A DNA stretch of 63,376 nt, filler included, from Saprolegnia diclina VS20 (taxonomy: Eukaryota), in assembly GCF_000281045.1 (NCBI RefSeq). It is 11 parts of 2 records of this genome, joined end to end, with 100 filler letters (N's around TTAATTAATTAA, not from the genome) between each part and the next. Parts side by side here need not be neighbours in the genome. Positions count along the whole stretch, not along the records: positions 5,769 to 33,635 come from NW_008246080.1; positions 33,736 to 38,250 come from NW_008246080.1; 9 more parts are not named here. One strand, 5' to 3'. Shown piece by piece: positions 25,349-37,106 of this stretch (positions within the stretch are counted from its first letter, which is position 1; each line of letters opens with the position of its first letter). The position numbers and the translations under genes were made by a program. The notes beneath the pieces are model-generated. The model was not told where the DNA came from. It did no database searches and saw only the letters and a list, made by a program, of their open reading frames with translations.

Positions 25349-27082
25349 AATAATCGTTCTCCTCAGGGCGAGGAGCAACCGAGTGAGCACCATGAGCCTT
25401 ACATTCATTGGAGCCAGGAGGTTCGAGCCCAATGGCGCCAGGTGGCAGAGGTGTCGACGCGCCTGGGTGCGAGGCTGCTTCACCGTAGAGAGCTCGACAA
25501 CAAACTCAACACGTCGACGCTGACGACTTGTCCGCGTCGCTAGAAAGACTTGCTATATAATAGTGTTGGGGTACTAGTATTGTACTGGGGGGTCCAGTGG
25601 ATGAATGGCGGGGGTTCATGCGCGAGCTGATTGATCACTGTGCCTTGACCGCCCACATCTGCGGTAACAGGACGCCGTAGCGAGGCTACCAATGTCAAAA
25701 ATACTCGAGTGCAATCATGTCCACCGTCTCTCTGTGGTCCGAAGCTGTACATGGGAATATCTTCGTGCCTTATGCGGGTGTTTGTAGTGTTGATGATGGT
25801 GGAATTTGCATGAGGCAGACTGTTGGTTTACTACCGGGCTAGCTACGTCTCGCCCTGCCTGTGTACGTAGCGCTACCGCACATAGACGTAGCTATGTCCA
25901 ATAGTGTACACAGGTGGCTAGGTACAGGGCTCTTGGGGCTCTTCTGATTGCGAGAGCAACTCGGTCAGATCACGTACGACAGCTCTTGCGACACCAGGTC
26001 CTTGGGCGCGAAAGAAGGTACAAGCAGCACAACTAGCATTGGCACAGAGAGCATGAAGCATTACCTCTGACAAGTGTGGACCGGCCACACCACGGTTGGC
26101 GCGTGCGCCGTGTTGAATACTTGCTACGGTACCTGCATCGAGTCTGCTCCTTGCTTCAGCTTGCCCATGTATCGATAAGCGCAAACGAAATGATCGATAG
26201 AACATGCGCCGCCTGTCTTAAGCTGCACCCTTGGTGTTGATGGGGTGTTGGAAAGTGATTGAGCAGAGTTAGATCGAGCTAGCGACACCTAACCTGCTCC
26301 TTCTTTGGCTCGAGTTGACTTGGGTACACCAACTCGAGCTGAGCCTTGTTCTCTGGGAACGCGTATCGCGCTGTGGCTTCCGTTAATGGGCGGCAGCCGC
26401 GCTAGTGCTGGGTGCGTTGGCTGTTGTTTGAGAACTCGATGGAAAATGAGGAACTAAATTATACATGTTGTAAGGCTGGCAAGCTTTTCACTTTAACTTT
26501 AACCCCGAGCTTCAATGTTGAATGTTGACGTGGCTTGCTGCTTGATTCGGGCTGTTTCATTCTTGCTTGGTTTCAGATAAATACTTCCACAAAGATGTTG
26601 CTACGCCAGGTGGCAGCACCAACGCGCAATGGTCTGAGCTCAATAACGTAGTAGGAGGGTCAATAAGAAATGCATGTCTTATTGACCCTTGGATGGACGT
26701 AGCAAGCTCGTAAACCAACGCTTCGCAGTCCCTTCATACGTACACCACCCAATAAAGCTTCCGCCCAACTCAGTAGGCTGGTGTTGCCAGATTGCTGAGG
26801 CATCGCCAGAGCGCACTCACAATCGAGCGACACTCTCCATTCGAATTTGCAATTCTTATATACTCGCTTTCAAACGTTTCTTATTAGCATACATATCTAG
26901 AGTGCAATGCAAAGCGAAGACACAACATGTTATCAAACATGCTCGCTTTATTGACGACAAGACAATCACTCCGAATTGCACTTTCCAACAGAAGGAACTG
27001 CTGCAGAAGCAACTGCTGCACTGTCGACACGGTGGCACCAGTTTCCTGTTGCTAGTGTCGGCAGCTCACTTTGCAATTGACC

Positions 27083-28835
27083 ATGTTTGGCTCGAGCTCC
27101 TCATCCAGCAGCTTCTACCCGCCGTCGCCCGCCTTTGGCCGACCCAAGTCGGCGGCAGTCACGCGCGTCGCCAGCATGACCTCCGACGCTGCCGCCCGCC
27201 GCTGGGCCAACGACAACGGCCTTGCGATCATGAACGTCTCGTGGGAAGACGCCGCGCGCAACAAGAACAGCGCGTACGGGCCGTGCATCTCGGACATGAC
27301 GCTCGTCGTCGAGAACACGTGGATGCCCGTGCTGCGCGTGCCCAATTTTTCAGGTTCGTTTTCTCAATGTAGCAATCTCAACACTCAAACTCAAATTATT
27401 CGACGTAGATCCGATCATGAGCATCCCGACGAGCAAGATCATGGTGACAGTCGGGAACGAGTCGCCCCACAACGTGCCATTGACCAAGATCTCGCTCCAC
27501 GAGTACCTCGACAACATCCACAAATACACGGAGCTCGAGCGCAGCTTGTACGCGCCAGCGCACGACCACCAAGCCCTCGTACGTCTCTAGGATTCCAGGG
27601 ACAAAAGCACTCATCTGTACTTGCAGGTCAGCACGCAGGCGTGCTTTTTGCCCATCGAAGAGGCGACCGGCAAGGCCGAGTTCCACGTCGGTCTCACCAA
27701 CTACCAAGCCCGCGAGAACGACCCTGCCGTGCTCGTCCTCGTCTGCACAGACACTGGCACGAGGTACCTCCCATCTTCGACTCGAATCAAACCGCTCACT
27801 TTTCTCTCTGACACTAGTGCCCAAGTCATGACGCAGCGCAGTGCGACCTTGTTTTGCAACAACAAGGGCAGCAAGCACACGTTCATTGCCGAGCGGCTCT
27901 CGACCGACCGCGCCAAGCGGGGCGTTGCGACCACGGGCGCCATGACGGAAGCCGAAGAGGCGCGCAACTACGTCATGATCATCCAGATCCCGCTCGAGCA
28001 AAAGCCGGTGTCGTTTGGCACTGGCGGCTTTGGCGCCTCCTCGGGTTTCAGCGGCTTTGGCGTCGCCTCCAGCACGAGTTTTGGCGGCTCGCCCGGTATG
28101 GCCTTTGGGGCCGCGCAGCAGTGCAACATGGCCGCGACCCCTTTTGCTATGCCCGCCACGTCCGCGTTTTCATTTGGTGCTCCATCGACGCCGAATGTCG
28201 AGGCAGCGATGGTCGGCCTCAGCGACGCCAAGGGTCCATTCCCGAAAATCAGTGCTTTTAGCCACGTCCGTCGCAACGCCAAGTACCCGATCCGCGTCAC
28301 GGTGCAGTTTTACCAAGCGACGAGCAACGGCGTCGTCTCGGCCGCGATCCTGCAGGACCTCGCCAGCAAGATGGACCAAGTCAAGACCAACGCGACCTGG
28401 TGGGGCTCGCTCGTGACACCCGCCGCGACGCCGCCGCTGTTTGGCGCCGCCAACTCGGTCTTTAACCCCCACGCCGGCGTCAACTGCGACATGTGCCGGT
28501 CTGAGCTCACGACAAGCGTCCGCTACAAGTGTGCGTTCTGTGCCGACTATGATGTCTGCGCCAACTGCATCGAGCATGCCGACACGCAACACCCGCACCC
28601 GTTCCTGCGTCTCACCAAAGCGTCGGCAGCGTACGGCGCCAAGACGTACGCGGTCATGAACCGAGCAAACGTGTCGCACAACGTGGCGTGCTCGTCGTGC
28701 AAGGCGAACATCGTGGGCGTGCTGCACCAATGCACGCACTGCCCCAACATTCGCTTGTGCGAAGCCTGCGAGGCGACGACGGGCCATGGTGATTTTCAGC
28801 ACCCGTTGATCAAGGTGTTTCAGGCCGCAGTCTAA
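27083..28835 (+). CDS. Uncharacterised-domain protein with an FG-rich insert and two C-terminal ZZ-type zinc fingers, copy 1. Introns 27354-27408, 27579-27626, 27764-27817
   Basis: Three GT..AG introns give a continuous frame. CDMC...RYKCAFCADYDVCANC...H.H and CSSC...HQCTHC..IRLCEACE...H...H match ZZ spacing. Confidence 0.8.
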
Positions 28836-29175
28836 AGCCAGTCAAAACCTAGTTCATTTACTAATCTATATAAGACCAATGGCCTTGATATGACGTTCGT
28901 TGTATTAAGGGATATAACAACAATATATCCCTTGGTTGTATGCACGTACTAGTATATTTATGACTTCTGCTTGGTTGAGATGTCCTCCTCGTCCTCGAAC
29001 CCCTCGACGCCTGCATGATTGAGAGTTGCGCGCGTCATTATTTGAGGAGCTTTCCCTAGTCTTTTTTTCTGAAGAACATAAAATGAAATCCCGTTTGGTG
29101 CATTAGGATATCGCACGAGTACCGTGCCACATTACACAGAACTATCTAACGAAGGATCGATCGTCACGGGTGCAG

Positions 29176-29709
29176 TCATTGGACGAGCTCGTTCGTGGTC
29201 GTCAGCGTCGCGCCGGCAGAAGCAAATGCCTTGTTGTGGGCATCAATGACGGGCGACGCGTCGACGGCAACGTCATTTTCAAAGCGCCACGTCGAGTGCG
29301 CGTCGGCGACGACAGTCACGTCAAAGTCGAGACCGAGGGCCCCCAACGTCGTTGCGTTGACGCAGCAGTCGGTCTGCGCGCCGAGGAGGATGAGGCGCGA
29401 GACACCGGCGTCTCGAAGCCACTTGGCGAGTGCCGGGTTGCTAAATGCATCGGGGACGGTCTTGGAGAACGTCGGCTCGGTCGCTTCGTTTTGGCCGAGC
29501 GCCGGCCAAACGTGCCAGCCCGGTGCGCCTGGCGCCATTGCGCCTTCGTCTTCTTCGTGGCGGATAAAGGCCACGGGCAAGGCTTCGCGCCGCGCCCACG
29601 CGAGCACGTGCTTGGTGTTGTCGACGAGGCTCGTCGCGTTGTGAATCGGGACGCTCTCGACGCCGTCAAACATGATGGCTTGCAGGTCAATAACAAGGAC
29701 GGCCGTCAT
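29176..29709 (-). CDS. Isochorismatase/cysteine hydrolase family protein, intronless, 177 aa
   Basis: AVLVIDLQ (catalytic Asp), FSKTVPDAF (Lys), GAQTDCCVNAT (Cys), VVADAHST. Confidence 0.9.
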   Translation of the reverse strand: MTAVLVIDLQAIMFDGVESVPIHNATSLVDNTKHVLAWARREALPVAFIRHEEDEGAMAPGAPGWHVWPALGQNEATEPTFSKTVPDAFSNPALAKWLRDAGVSRLILLGAQTDCCVNATTLGALGLDFDVTVVADAHSTWRFENDVAVDASPVIDAHNKAFASAGATLTTTNELVQ

Positions 29710-30147
29710 GATGTATGATCTTAATTGGTTGTGATCGTGAGGAGGGCAATTGAAGAATGGCTGCAGTTGCATCGGACGACCTTGTGTTCCCACTTGTTCG
29801 GCTGTGGTCAGCGCGTGAGCGCGGGAGAGCAGTGTCAAACTGCTGGGCGCGAAGCATGCCTTGTGGTCCGTATCCGGATGACTGGCCTTTCCCACTTTGC
29901 CCTTGCCACACAATGCGGGATCGAGCCCACGTCCTTTAGCGCACTTGAGTGCTAACTGCAGCAGGAGGCGCTTCGATAAGAGTGAGCTCGACAGGCGCCT
30001 TGCGTGCGTAGTCTGCTGCAGGATCGAATGGCTGAAACCATGAGCTCGCAGATTCCACCACTTCGGGCGTTGTAGACAGGCGGCTTCGAACTTCGACTGG
30101 TCGTTTCGTTATCCGGAAGATCGCATTTGGCCGTGACCTTTCGCAAA

Positions 30148-31710
30148 ATGCTCCGCGTGTGGTGGCTGCTGACCCTGCTTGGCCTCGCGCTACGCAGCGA
30201 GGGCCATACGTTCCTGCGCCACGACGATGTGTCGCTTGGTGCGAACACTACGCTCTGCGGCGAGCCCGAGGCCCACCACGCCGGCTACTTGAACGGGCTT
30301 TTTTACGTCTTTTACGAGACGCGGGCGGCGATTCGGGCGCCGACGGACGTGCCGCTCGTGCTATGGCTCTCGGGTGGACCCGGTTGCTCGGGTATGATTG
30401 CAATGCTCTTTGAGCACGGGCCATGCAGCGTCAACCAAGCGACGCCGACAACAACGCTCAACCCGTACTCGTGGACGCAGGCAGCTCATATGATCTACGT
30501 CGACCAGCCACGCGGCACGGGCATGAGCCCTTCCAGAGACGCATCGAGGTAGACATGCTTCTCTATCTAGCAGACTGCTAATGCCATCTAGTTCGTGGAC
30601 AGAGTCGTCGGCGATGCGTGACTTGGTCGTTTTCCTGGAAGGCTTCTACCAGACGTATCCCGCGTACGCAGCCAACGACTTGTACATCTTTGGCGAAAGC
30701 TACGGTGGCCACTACGTGCCCGACTTGGCGCATGCGATCGTATCGTCAACCAACTCGAACACGCGAGCCCTCCGCCGCAACCTCAAGGGCATCGGCATCG
30801 GCAACGGCCTCGTCTCGGAGCGCGCGATTGCCGACACTATTGGCGCATTTGCCTCGACCGCGCCAGGCGGCAAGCTCACAGACTCGGCCGCGTCGAGCGT
30901 CGCGACGTGTGAAGCTGCTATCGCCGCCTGCCAATCGCCCGAGGACGGTGGCGTCCGCGACTGCTCCAAGGTGCATAAGCTCTCCACACCATAGCACTCA
31001 TACCGTTGCAGACGGGCATTTGCGAGTCGCTCGTCGGAAGCATCTTATCGCAAGCGCACCAGCAGCAAATCAACCACTACGATATCCGAGCGCCGTGTTA
31101 TCCCGACGTCTTTGGCTTGTGCTACAAGTTTACGCCGCTCTTTCAGTACATGAACAAGGCGTCGACGATGGAAGCGCTTGGTCTCAACGGCGGCGTCTCG
31201 TGGGCGCCGTGCAACCAAGACGTCTTTGAACTCCACATGGTTGGTTGGAAAATATTGTCATCGAAATTGTCTTATTGTATGCTCTAGGACGCGGATTGGT
31301 ACGAAGAGAGCGAGTATCGGGTCGCAGAGCTGCTCGAGGCCGGCGTCCGCGTCCTTGTCTACGCCGGCGACTACGACTTGGTGTGCAACTGGATGGCCCA
31401 AGACAAGTACAATTTGCGTCTTGGTGGCAAAAGAAATGACATATTGTACATTGTAGGTGGACACGCGATATGGTCTGGACCCATCAGGCGCATTTTGCCG
31501 CACAGCCCTTGGCTCTGTGGTCCTACGACGGCGACGTCGTCGGCGAGCGCCGATCGTTTGGCGGGTTGACCATGCTGCGCGTCTACAACGCTGGCCACGT
31601 ACACTGCGATAGCCGAATCCCAAAGACGTACATTTGATGTGTAGATGGTCCCGTTTGACCAGCCCAAGGCAGCCCTCGGTCTCTTCCGCTCGTTCCTGGC
31701 CGGCAACTAG
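30148..31710 (+). CDS. Secreted serine carboxypeptidase (S10), multi-exon; not all splice sites resolved
   Basis: Signal-peptide-like N-terminus, WLSGGPGCS, YVDQPRGTG, GESYGGHY (Ser), YAGDYDLVCN (Asp), and AGH/MVP (His, split by an intron). Confidence 0.9.
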
Positions 31711-31878
31711 AGCTCGTATCGGTCGAACCAACAACGCACTATCCCTTTGCGATCTTACGCAGACAATAATACATCGTCATCAGAGCAAAAGACTATGGCG
31801 TGTATGACATGCAAGATCGTAACGACCTCGACTAGGTGCTGCTAAATACACTGATCCTACATCGTCTTGAGAGGATAT

Positions 31879-32968
31879 CTAGTTTTCTAAGACAGGTACG
31901 AGCTCCACTTTGGCGCCGTGTGTCGAGAGACGCGCCATGGGGTACAAGGCGATGCCGTCGGGTACGCCGCGGAGCTTTGTGGGCAAGAGCGACCCGTGGA
32001 TCGCAAAGCCAATGCTGTGTTCGTCTGGAAACCACGTGACGTTGAGGAGCACGGTGCCTTGGACGTTGGGACTCACGCCAGCACTTGTCGGTCGCTGGAG
32101 GTGCGAGTACACGTTTCTTGTCTCGCAGTTGAAGAACCAGCCGCGCGATGCGCTGTTGGTTGCATGCGGATACGGCGTAAAAGCATCTCGTGCCAAAAAC
32201 AAAAACCCGACTTCGACGCGACTGCCGAGGTGAACGTGAACCGAGAATGTTGTCGCGGGCGCCGTGGCGAGGACGTTGCCCCACCCGGATTTCGTCTGCC
32301 GCGCTTTAGTTTGCATCGCGAGGAGCTCGATCGACTCGGAGCAATGGACCGGATCCCACGCGAGAGGCGTCACCTCGGGTGCTGACGGCTCAGGGAGCAC
32401 GTCAAGTTGTAGGTAGTCGATCATCTCTTGTAGCTCAACCAGTTGCCGAGTCGAGAGCCCGCTCTGGTCGAGCGCGCCCGTGCGCAGTAGCTTCATCACC
32501 CGTGGAAACAAATCTGGGTCCAAGTCTAAAAAGTACTCGCCTACCGAGATTCGTTGTATGTACCAATTGCCATGATGAGAAAGAGGGTCGACTACCTTTG
32601 TCGTTGGGGCGCCAGTGATCGGACGAGAGCATCGCGTCAAAGTAGCTGCCGGGAATGCGCAGCAGCGTCTCGCGCACGGTCGTAAACAGCGTGCCGCCGA
32701 CGTTGAGCGTGACGAGCTTGTCGTCTTTGACGCGGACAGGCTGCAACGCAAGTATCTCGGTCTTGAGCTCTTGTAGCAAGTCGAGTTTGGCTTGGACGCG
32801 CGCCGCCTGGAGCTGCAGCGCCGCGTCCTTTCGAGCAAAGTCCCGCACGAGAACTTCCATCTCGAGCGCAATGGCGTGTAGCGCGTCGACATTGGCAGGT
32901 GCCTCGATGGCTGCCTTCAGCGACGCCTGCAGCGATGCCCACGTTGCCTTCACGTTGCTCTCGACCAT
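31879..32968 (-). CDS. Coiled-coil-BTB-SPRY/B30.2-like protein, copy E. Exons 32968-32596 and 32540-31879
   Basis: Same BTB motif, same intron position (55 nt) and a SPRY-like C-terminus. Confidence 0.85.
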
Positions 32969-33033
32969 CGGAAGCGGGCGTATGACACTGGGACACGTGC
33001 TGTTGTCGGTGGCAATGTCCGGATATACTGACG

Positions 33034-33047
33034 CATATCCGGATATG
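33034..33047. promoter_or_regulatory. Palindromic ATCCGGAT upstream element, here the 14-bp CATATCCGGATATG; representative of a recurrent motif
   Basis: Exact 8-mers also at 533, 559, 1850, 3260, 3741, 25208, 25221, 29872, 33838, 38042, 49841, 49860 and 52596, nearly all shortly upstream of ATGs. Confidence 0.6.
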
Positions 33048-33446
33048 ACGTGGCATGCGGAGAGCGCTTTTTTCAACGAGAAAACGGTCTTCACTTTGCA
33101 CATTGGGTACGGCACAGTGAGGTTGTATTACAATGTAACTCTGGCTAGCAACAGCAATACGAATGTCATAGTCTTTTTCATGTACTGCAATCGGTCGCAG
33201 GAGAGACCTGGGCATTCGAAAGGTGTTCCCATCGTATCAGAACACGTCTCTCCCTCCATGCGGTTCAGATCTTATATCAAGTAAGTCAATAGCAGCGTCT
33301 GTGAAATAGCAGCGTCGTTGGATGTCCGCGCCAAGGTTCGTGTATTCTGCAAGCCTCCAACGACAAGACATTGTACCTAGGCAAAGATTCATGTCGTTTA
33401 CTGCATCTCAATCTCTCTATCTCATTACACTTGTCATTACACTACG

Positions 33447-33635
33447 CTACCAGACTGCGGCCTCAAACACCTTGATCAACGGGTGCTGAAAATCACCATG
33501 GCCCGTCGTCGCCTCGCAGGCTTCGCACAAGCGAATGTTGGGGCAGTGCGTGCATTGGTGCAGCACGCCCACGATGTTCGCCTTGCACGACGAGCACGCC
33601 ACGTTGTGCGACACGTTTGCTCGGTTCATGACCGC
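33447..33635 (-). CDS. 3' end of a further copy of the ZZ-finger gene, truncated by a gap
   Basis: Near-identical to 28650-28835 in reverse orientation; ends VFEAAVW*. Confidence 0.75.
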   Translation of the reverse strand, partial: AVMNRANVSHNVACSSCKANIVGVLHQCTHCPNIRLCEACEATTGHGDFQHPLIKVFEAAVW

Positions 33636-33735
33636 NNNNNNNNNNNNNNNNNNNNNNNNNNNNNNNNNNNNNNNNNNNNTTAATTAATTAANNNNNNNNN
33701 NNNNNNNNNNNNNNNNNNNNNNNNNNNNNNNNNNN

Positions 33736-33824
33736 GACTCATCGTGCGCCGGCGTGAACGGCTCTTCAAAGTGGGCCTTGAGCGCGCTGACCTCGACGCC
33801 TGTGCGTCTGCGCTGCAGTGCCAT
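33736..33824 (-). CDS. 5' fragment of a second BED-finger gene copy, truncated by a gap
   Basis: Near-identical to 37940-38028 (MALQRRRTGVEVSALKAHFEEPF). Confidence 0.6.
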
Positions 33825-34172
33825 TCCAATCTGGTTTATCCGGATACCTGAATCTGATGCATTCTTCCATGGGTCAATAATTATTGACCCATGATTCTTC
33901 ATAACCGATCGCAATCCCCAGCGACCTGTCCGCCGAGCTCGCGATAATTTGCGATGTCCATCGATTCGATATACCGACCGATTCGACGACATTACTAGGC
34001 CAAGTTCAGATAATTCTGGGCATTTGGACATTTTAGTATAGCGTCTGTGAAATAGCAGCGTCGTTGGATGTCCGCGCCAAGGTTCGTGTATTCTGAAAGC
34101 GTTCAACGCCAAGACATTGTACCTAGGCAAAGATTCATGTTGCTTACTGTATCTGAATCCCTCTACATTTCA

Positions 34173-36205
34173 TTACACTACGCTACCAGACCGCGGCTGA
34201 AAGATTTTGATCAACGGGTGCTGAAAATCACCATGGCCCGTCGTCGCCTCGCAGGCTTCGCACAAGCGAATGTTCGGGCAGTGCGTGCATTGGTGCAGCA
34301 CNNNNNNNNNNNNNNNNNNNNNNNNNNNNNNNNNNNNNNNNNNNNNNNNNNNNNNNNNNNNNNNNNNNNNNNNNNNNNNNNNNNNNNNNNNNNNNNNNNN
34401 NNNNNNNNNNNNNNNNNNNNNNNNNNNNNNNNNNNNNNNNNNNNNNNNNNNNNNNNNNNNNNNNNNNNNNNNNNNNNNNNNNNNNNNNNNNNNNNNNNNN
34501 NNNNNNNNNNNNNNNNNNNNNNNNNNNNNNNNNNNNNNNNNNNNNNNNNNNNNNNNNNNNNNNNNNNNNNNNNNNNNNNNNNNNNNNNNNNNNNNNNNNN
34601 NNNNNNNNNNNNNNNNNNNNNNNNNNNNNNNNNNNNNNNNNNNNNNNNNNNNNNNNNNNNNNNNNNNNNNNNNNNNNNNNNNNNNNNNNNNNNNNNNNNN
34701 NNNNNNNNNNNNNNNNNNNNNNNNNNNNNNNNNNNNNNNNNNNNNNNNNNNNNNNNNNNNNNNNNNNNNNNNNNNNNNNNNNNNNNNNNNNNNNNNNNNN
34801 NNNNNNNNNNNNNNNNNNNNNNNNNNNNNNNNNNNNNNNNNNNNNNNNNNNNNNNNNNNNNNNNNNNNNNNNNNNNNNNNNNNNNNNNNNNNNNNNNNNN
34901 NNNNNNNNNNNNNNNNNNNNNNNNNNNNNNNNNNNNNNNNNNNNNNNNNNNNNNNNNNNNNNNNNNNNNNNNNNNNNNNNNNNNNNNNNNNNNNNNNNNN
35001 NNNNNNNNNNNNNNNNNNNNNNNNNNNNNNNNNNNNNNNNNNNNNNNNNNNNNNNNNNNNNNNNNNNNNNNNNNNNNNNNNNNNNNNNNNNNNNNNNNNN
35101 NNNNNNNNNNNNNNNNNNNNNNNNNNNNNNNNNNNNNNNNNNNNNNNNNNNNNNNNNNNNNNNNNNNNNNNNNNNNNNNNNNNNNNNNNNNNNNNNNNNN
35201 NNNNNNNNNNNNNNNNNNNNNNNNNNNNNNNNNNNNNNNNNNNNNNNNNNNNNNNNCCAAAGCCGCCAGTGCCAAACGACACCGGCTTTTGCTCGAGCGG
35301 GATCTGGATGATCATGACGTAGTTGCGCGCCTCTTCGGCTTCCGTCATGGCGCCCGTGGTTGCAACGCCCCGCTTGGCGCGGTCGGTCGAGAGCCGCTCG
35401 GCAATGAACGTGTGCTTGCTGCCCTTGTTGTTGCAAAACAAGGTCGCACTGCGCTGCGTCATGACTTGGGCACTAGTGTCAGAGAAAAGTGAGTGGTTTG
35501 ATTCGAGTCGAAGATGGGAGGTACCTCGTGCCAGTGTCTGTGCAGACGAGGACGAGCACGGCAGGGTCGTTCTCGCGGGCTTGGTAGTTGGTGAGACCGA
35601 CGTGGAACTCGGCCTTGCCGGTCGCCTCTTCGATGGGCAAAAAACACGCCTGCGTGCTGACCTGCAAGTACAGATGAGTGCTTTTGTCCCTGGAATCCTA
35701 GAGACGTACGAGGGCTTGGTGGTCGTGCGCTGGCGCGTACAAGCTGCGCTCGAGCTCCGTGTACTTGTGGATGTTGTCGAGGTACTCGTGGAGCGAGATC
35801 TTGGTCAATGGCACGTTGTGGGGCGACTCGTTCCCGACTGTCACCATGATCTTGCTCGTCGGGATGCTCATGATCGGATCTACGTCGAATACTTTGAGTT
35901 TGAGTTTTGAGATTGCTACATTGAGAAAACGAACCTGAAAAATTGGGCACGCGCAGCACGGGCATCCACGTGTTCTCGACGACGAGCGTCATGTCCGAGA
36001 TGCACGGCCCGTACGCGCTGTTCTTGTTGCGCGCAGCGTCTTCCCACGAGACGTTCATGATCGCAAGGCCGTTGTCGTTGGCCCAGCGGCGGGCGGCAGC
36101 GTCGGAGGTCATGCTGGCGACGCGCGTGACTGCCGCCGACTTGGGTCGGCCAAAGGCGGGCGACGGCGGGTAGAAGCTGCTGGATGAGGAGCTCGAGCCA
36201 AACAT
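34173..36205 (-). CDS. Inverted copy of the uncharacterised-domain/ZZ-finger gene, with an internal N gap at 34302-35256
   Basis: Near-identical to 27083-28835. Intron 3 is 2 nt shorter here, which supports it being an intron. Ends IFQPRSGSVV*. Confidence 0.75.
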
Positions 36206-37106
36206 GGTCAATTGCAAAGTGAGCTACCGACACACTAGCAACAGGAAACTGGTGCCACCGTGTCGACAGTGCAGCAGTTGCTTCTGCAGCAGTTCCTTCT
36301 GCTGGAAAAGGCCGAGTGATGGGCTTGGCTAGCGAGCGCTTTTTCATTGATATCAAATCCTTGCTTTCGCAAAAAATAAAATTCAACATCAACATGTTTA
36401 TATGCGTTTGAATTGTATTTCAAGATGATAATGAGCATTATCGAATATCGTTTTTAAACCTCGTCGCAACATCATTCACTCTTGGCACACAAAAAGGCCA
36501 ATCGCTGTCTACCCCAAGTCGTGGCAGACAATCTCCGTGCATTTAGTTGACGCGCATGCCACTGTAGTTATACATTAGCTGCAAAACTACAGGCAGGGCT
36601 TGCCGTCCCAGCGCTTCCCACGGGTATGACCACCACCGCCGTTGATGGCGACGACTTTAGCGTCGGTGGCAGACATTGTCTGACATTCGAAAAAGAGCCG
36701 AGGTTTGGGTTTACGTTTATCTAGCTGACGAACCAGTCGTGAAGCTGAAAAACCGCTCGAGAAAGAAATGTGACAACGCTCGACGCCAACGCCTAACGTC
36801 GTCGCTGGCACCGACAGGCAATCGCGATGTAGCTTGATCGGCTACGGCATCAACGGCTCGGACCGAATCGCCGGCATCTCGCGTGGTCATAAACGTTCAT
36901 CTGTCTACGCTCGTCACGTTTTAGTCGCAGTAAATAACTAGGCTCGTCTTGAGGTTGAGCCTCTCGATATATTGTGGCGCTGAATCACAAGAGGCATTCT
37001 GCAACTCTACCGTAGTCGATCTCTCGTGTGTGTTGATAGTCGTACAGATATAGTATTCTCAAACTAGTTGGTGCTCCAGTCGCCTGGTCGTGTCGGCTAA
37101 CGAGGC

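Noticed and set aside
34068..35492. Long ORFs spanning N runs (also 52388-53738)
   Set aside because: Artefacts of translating through gaps.
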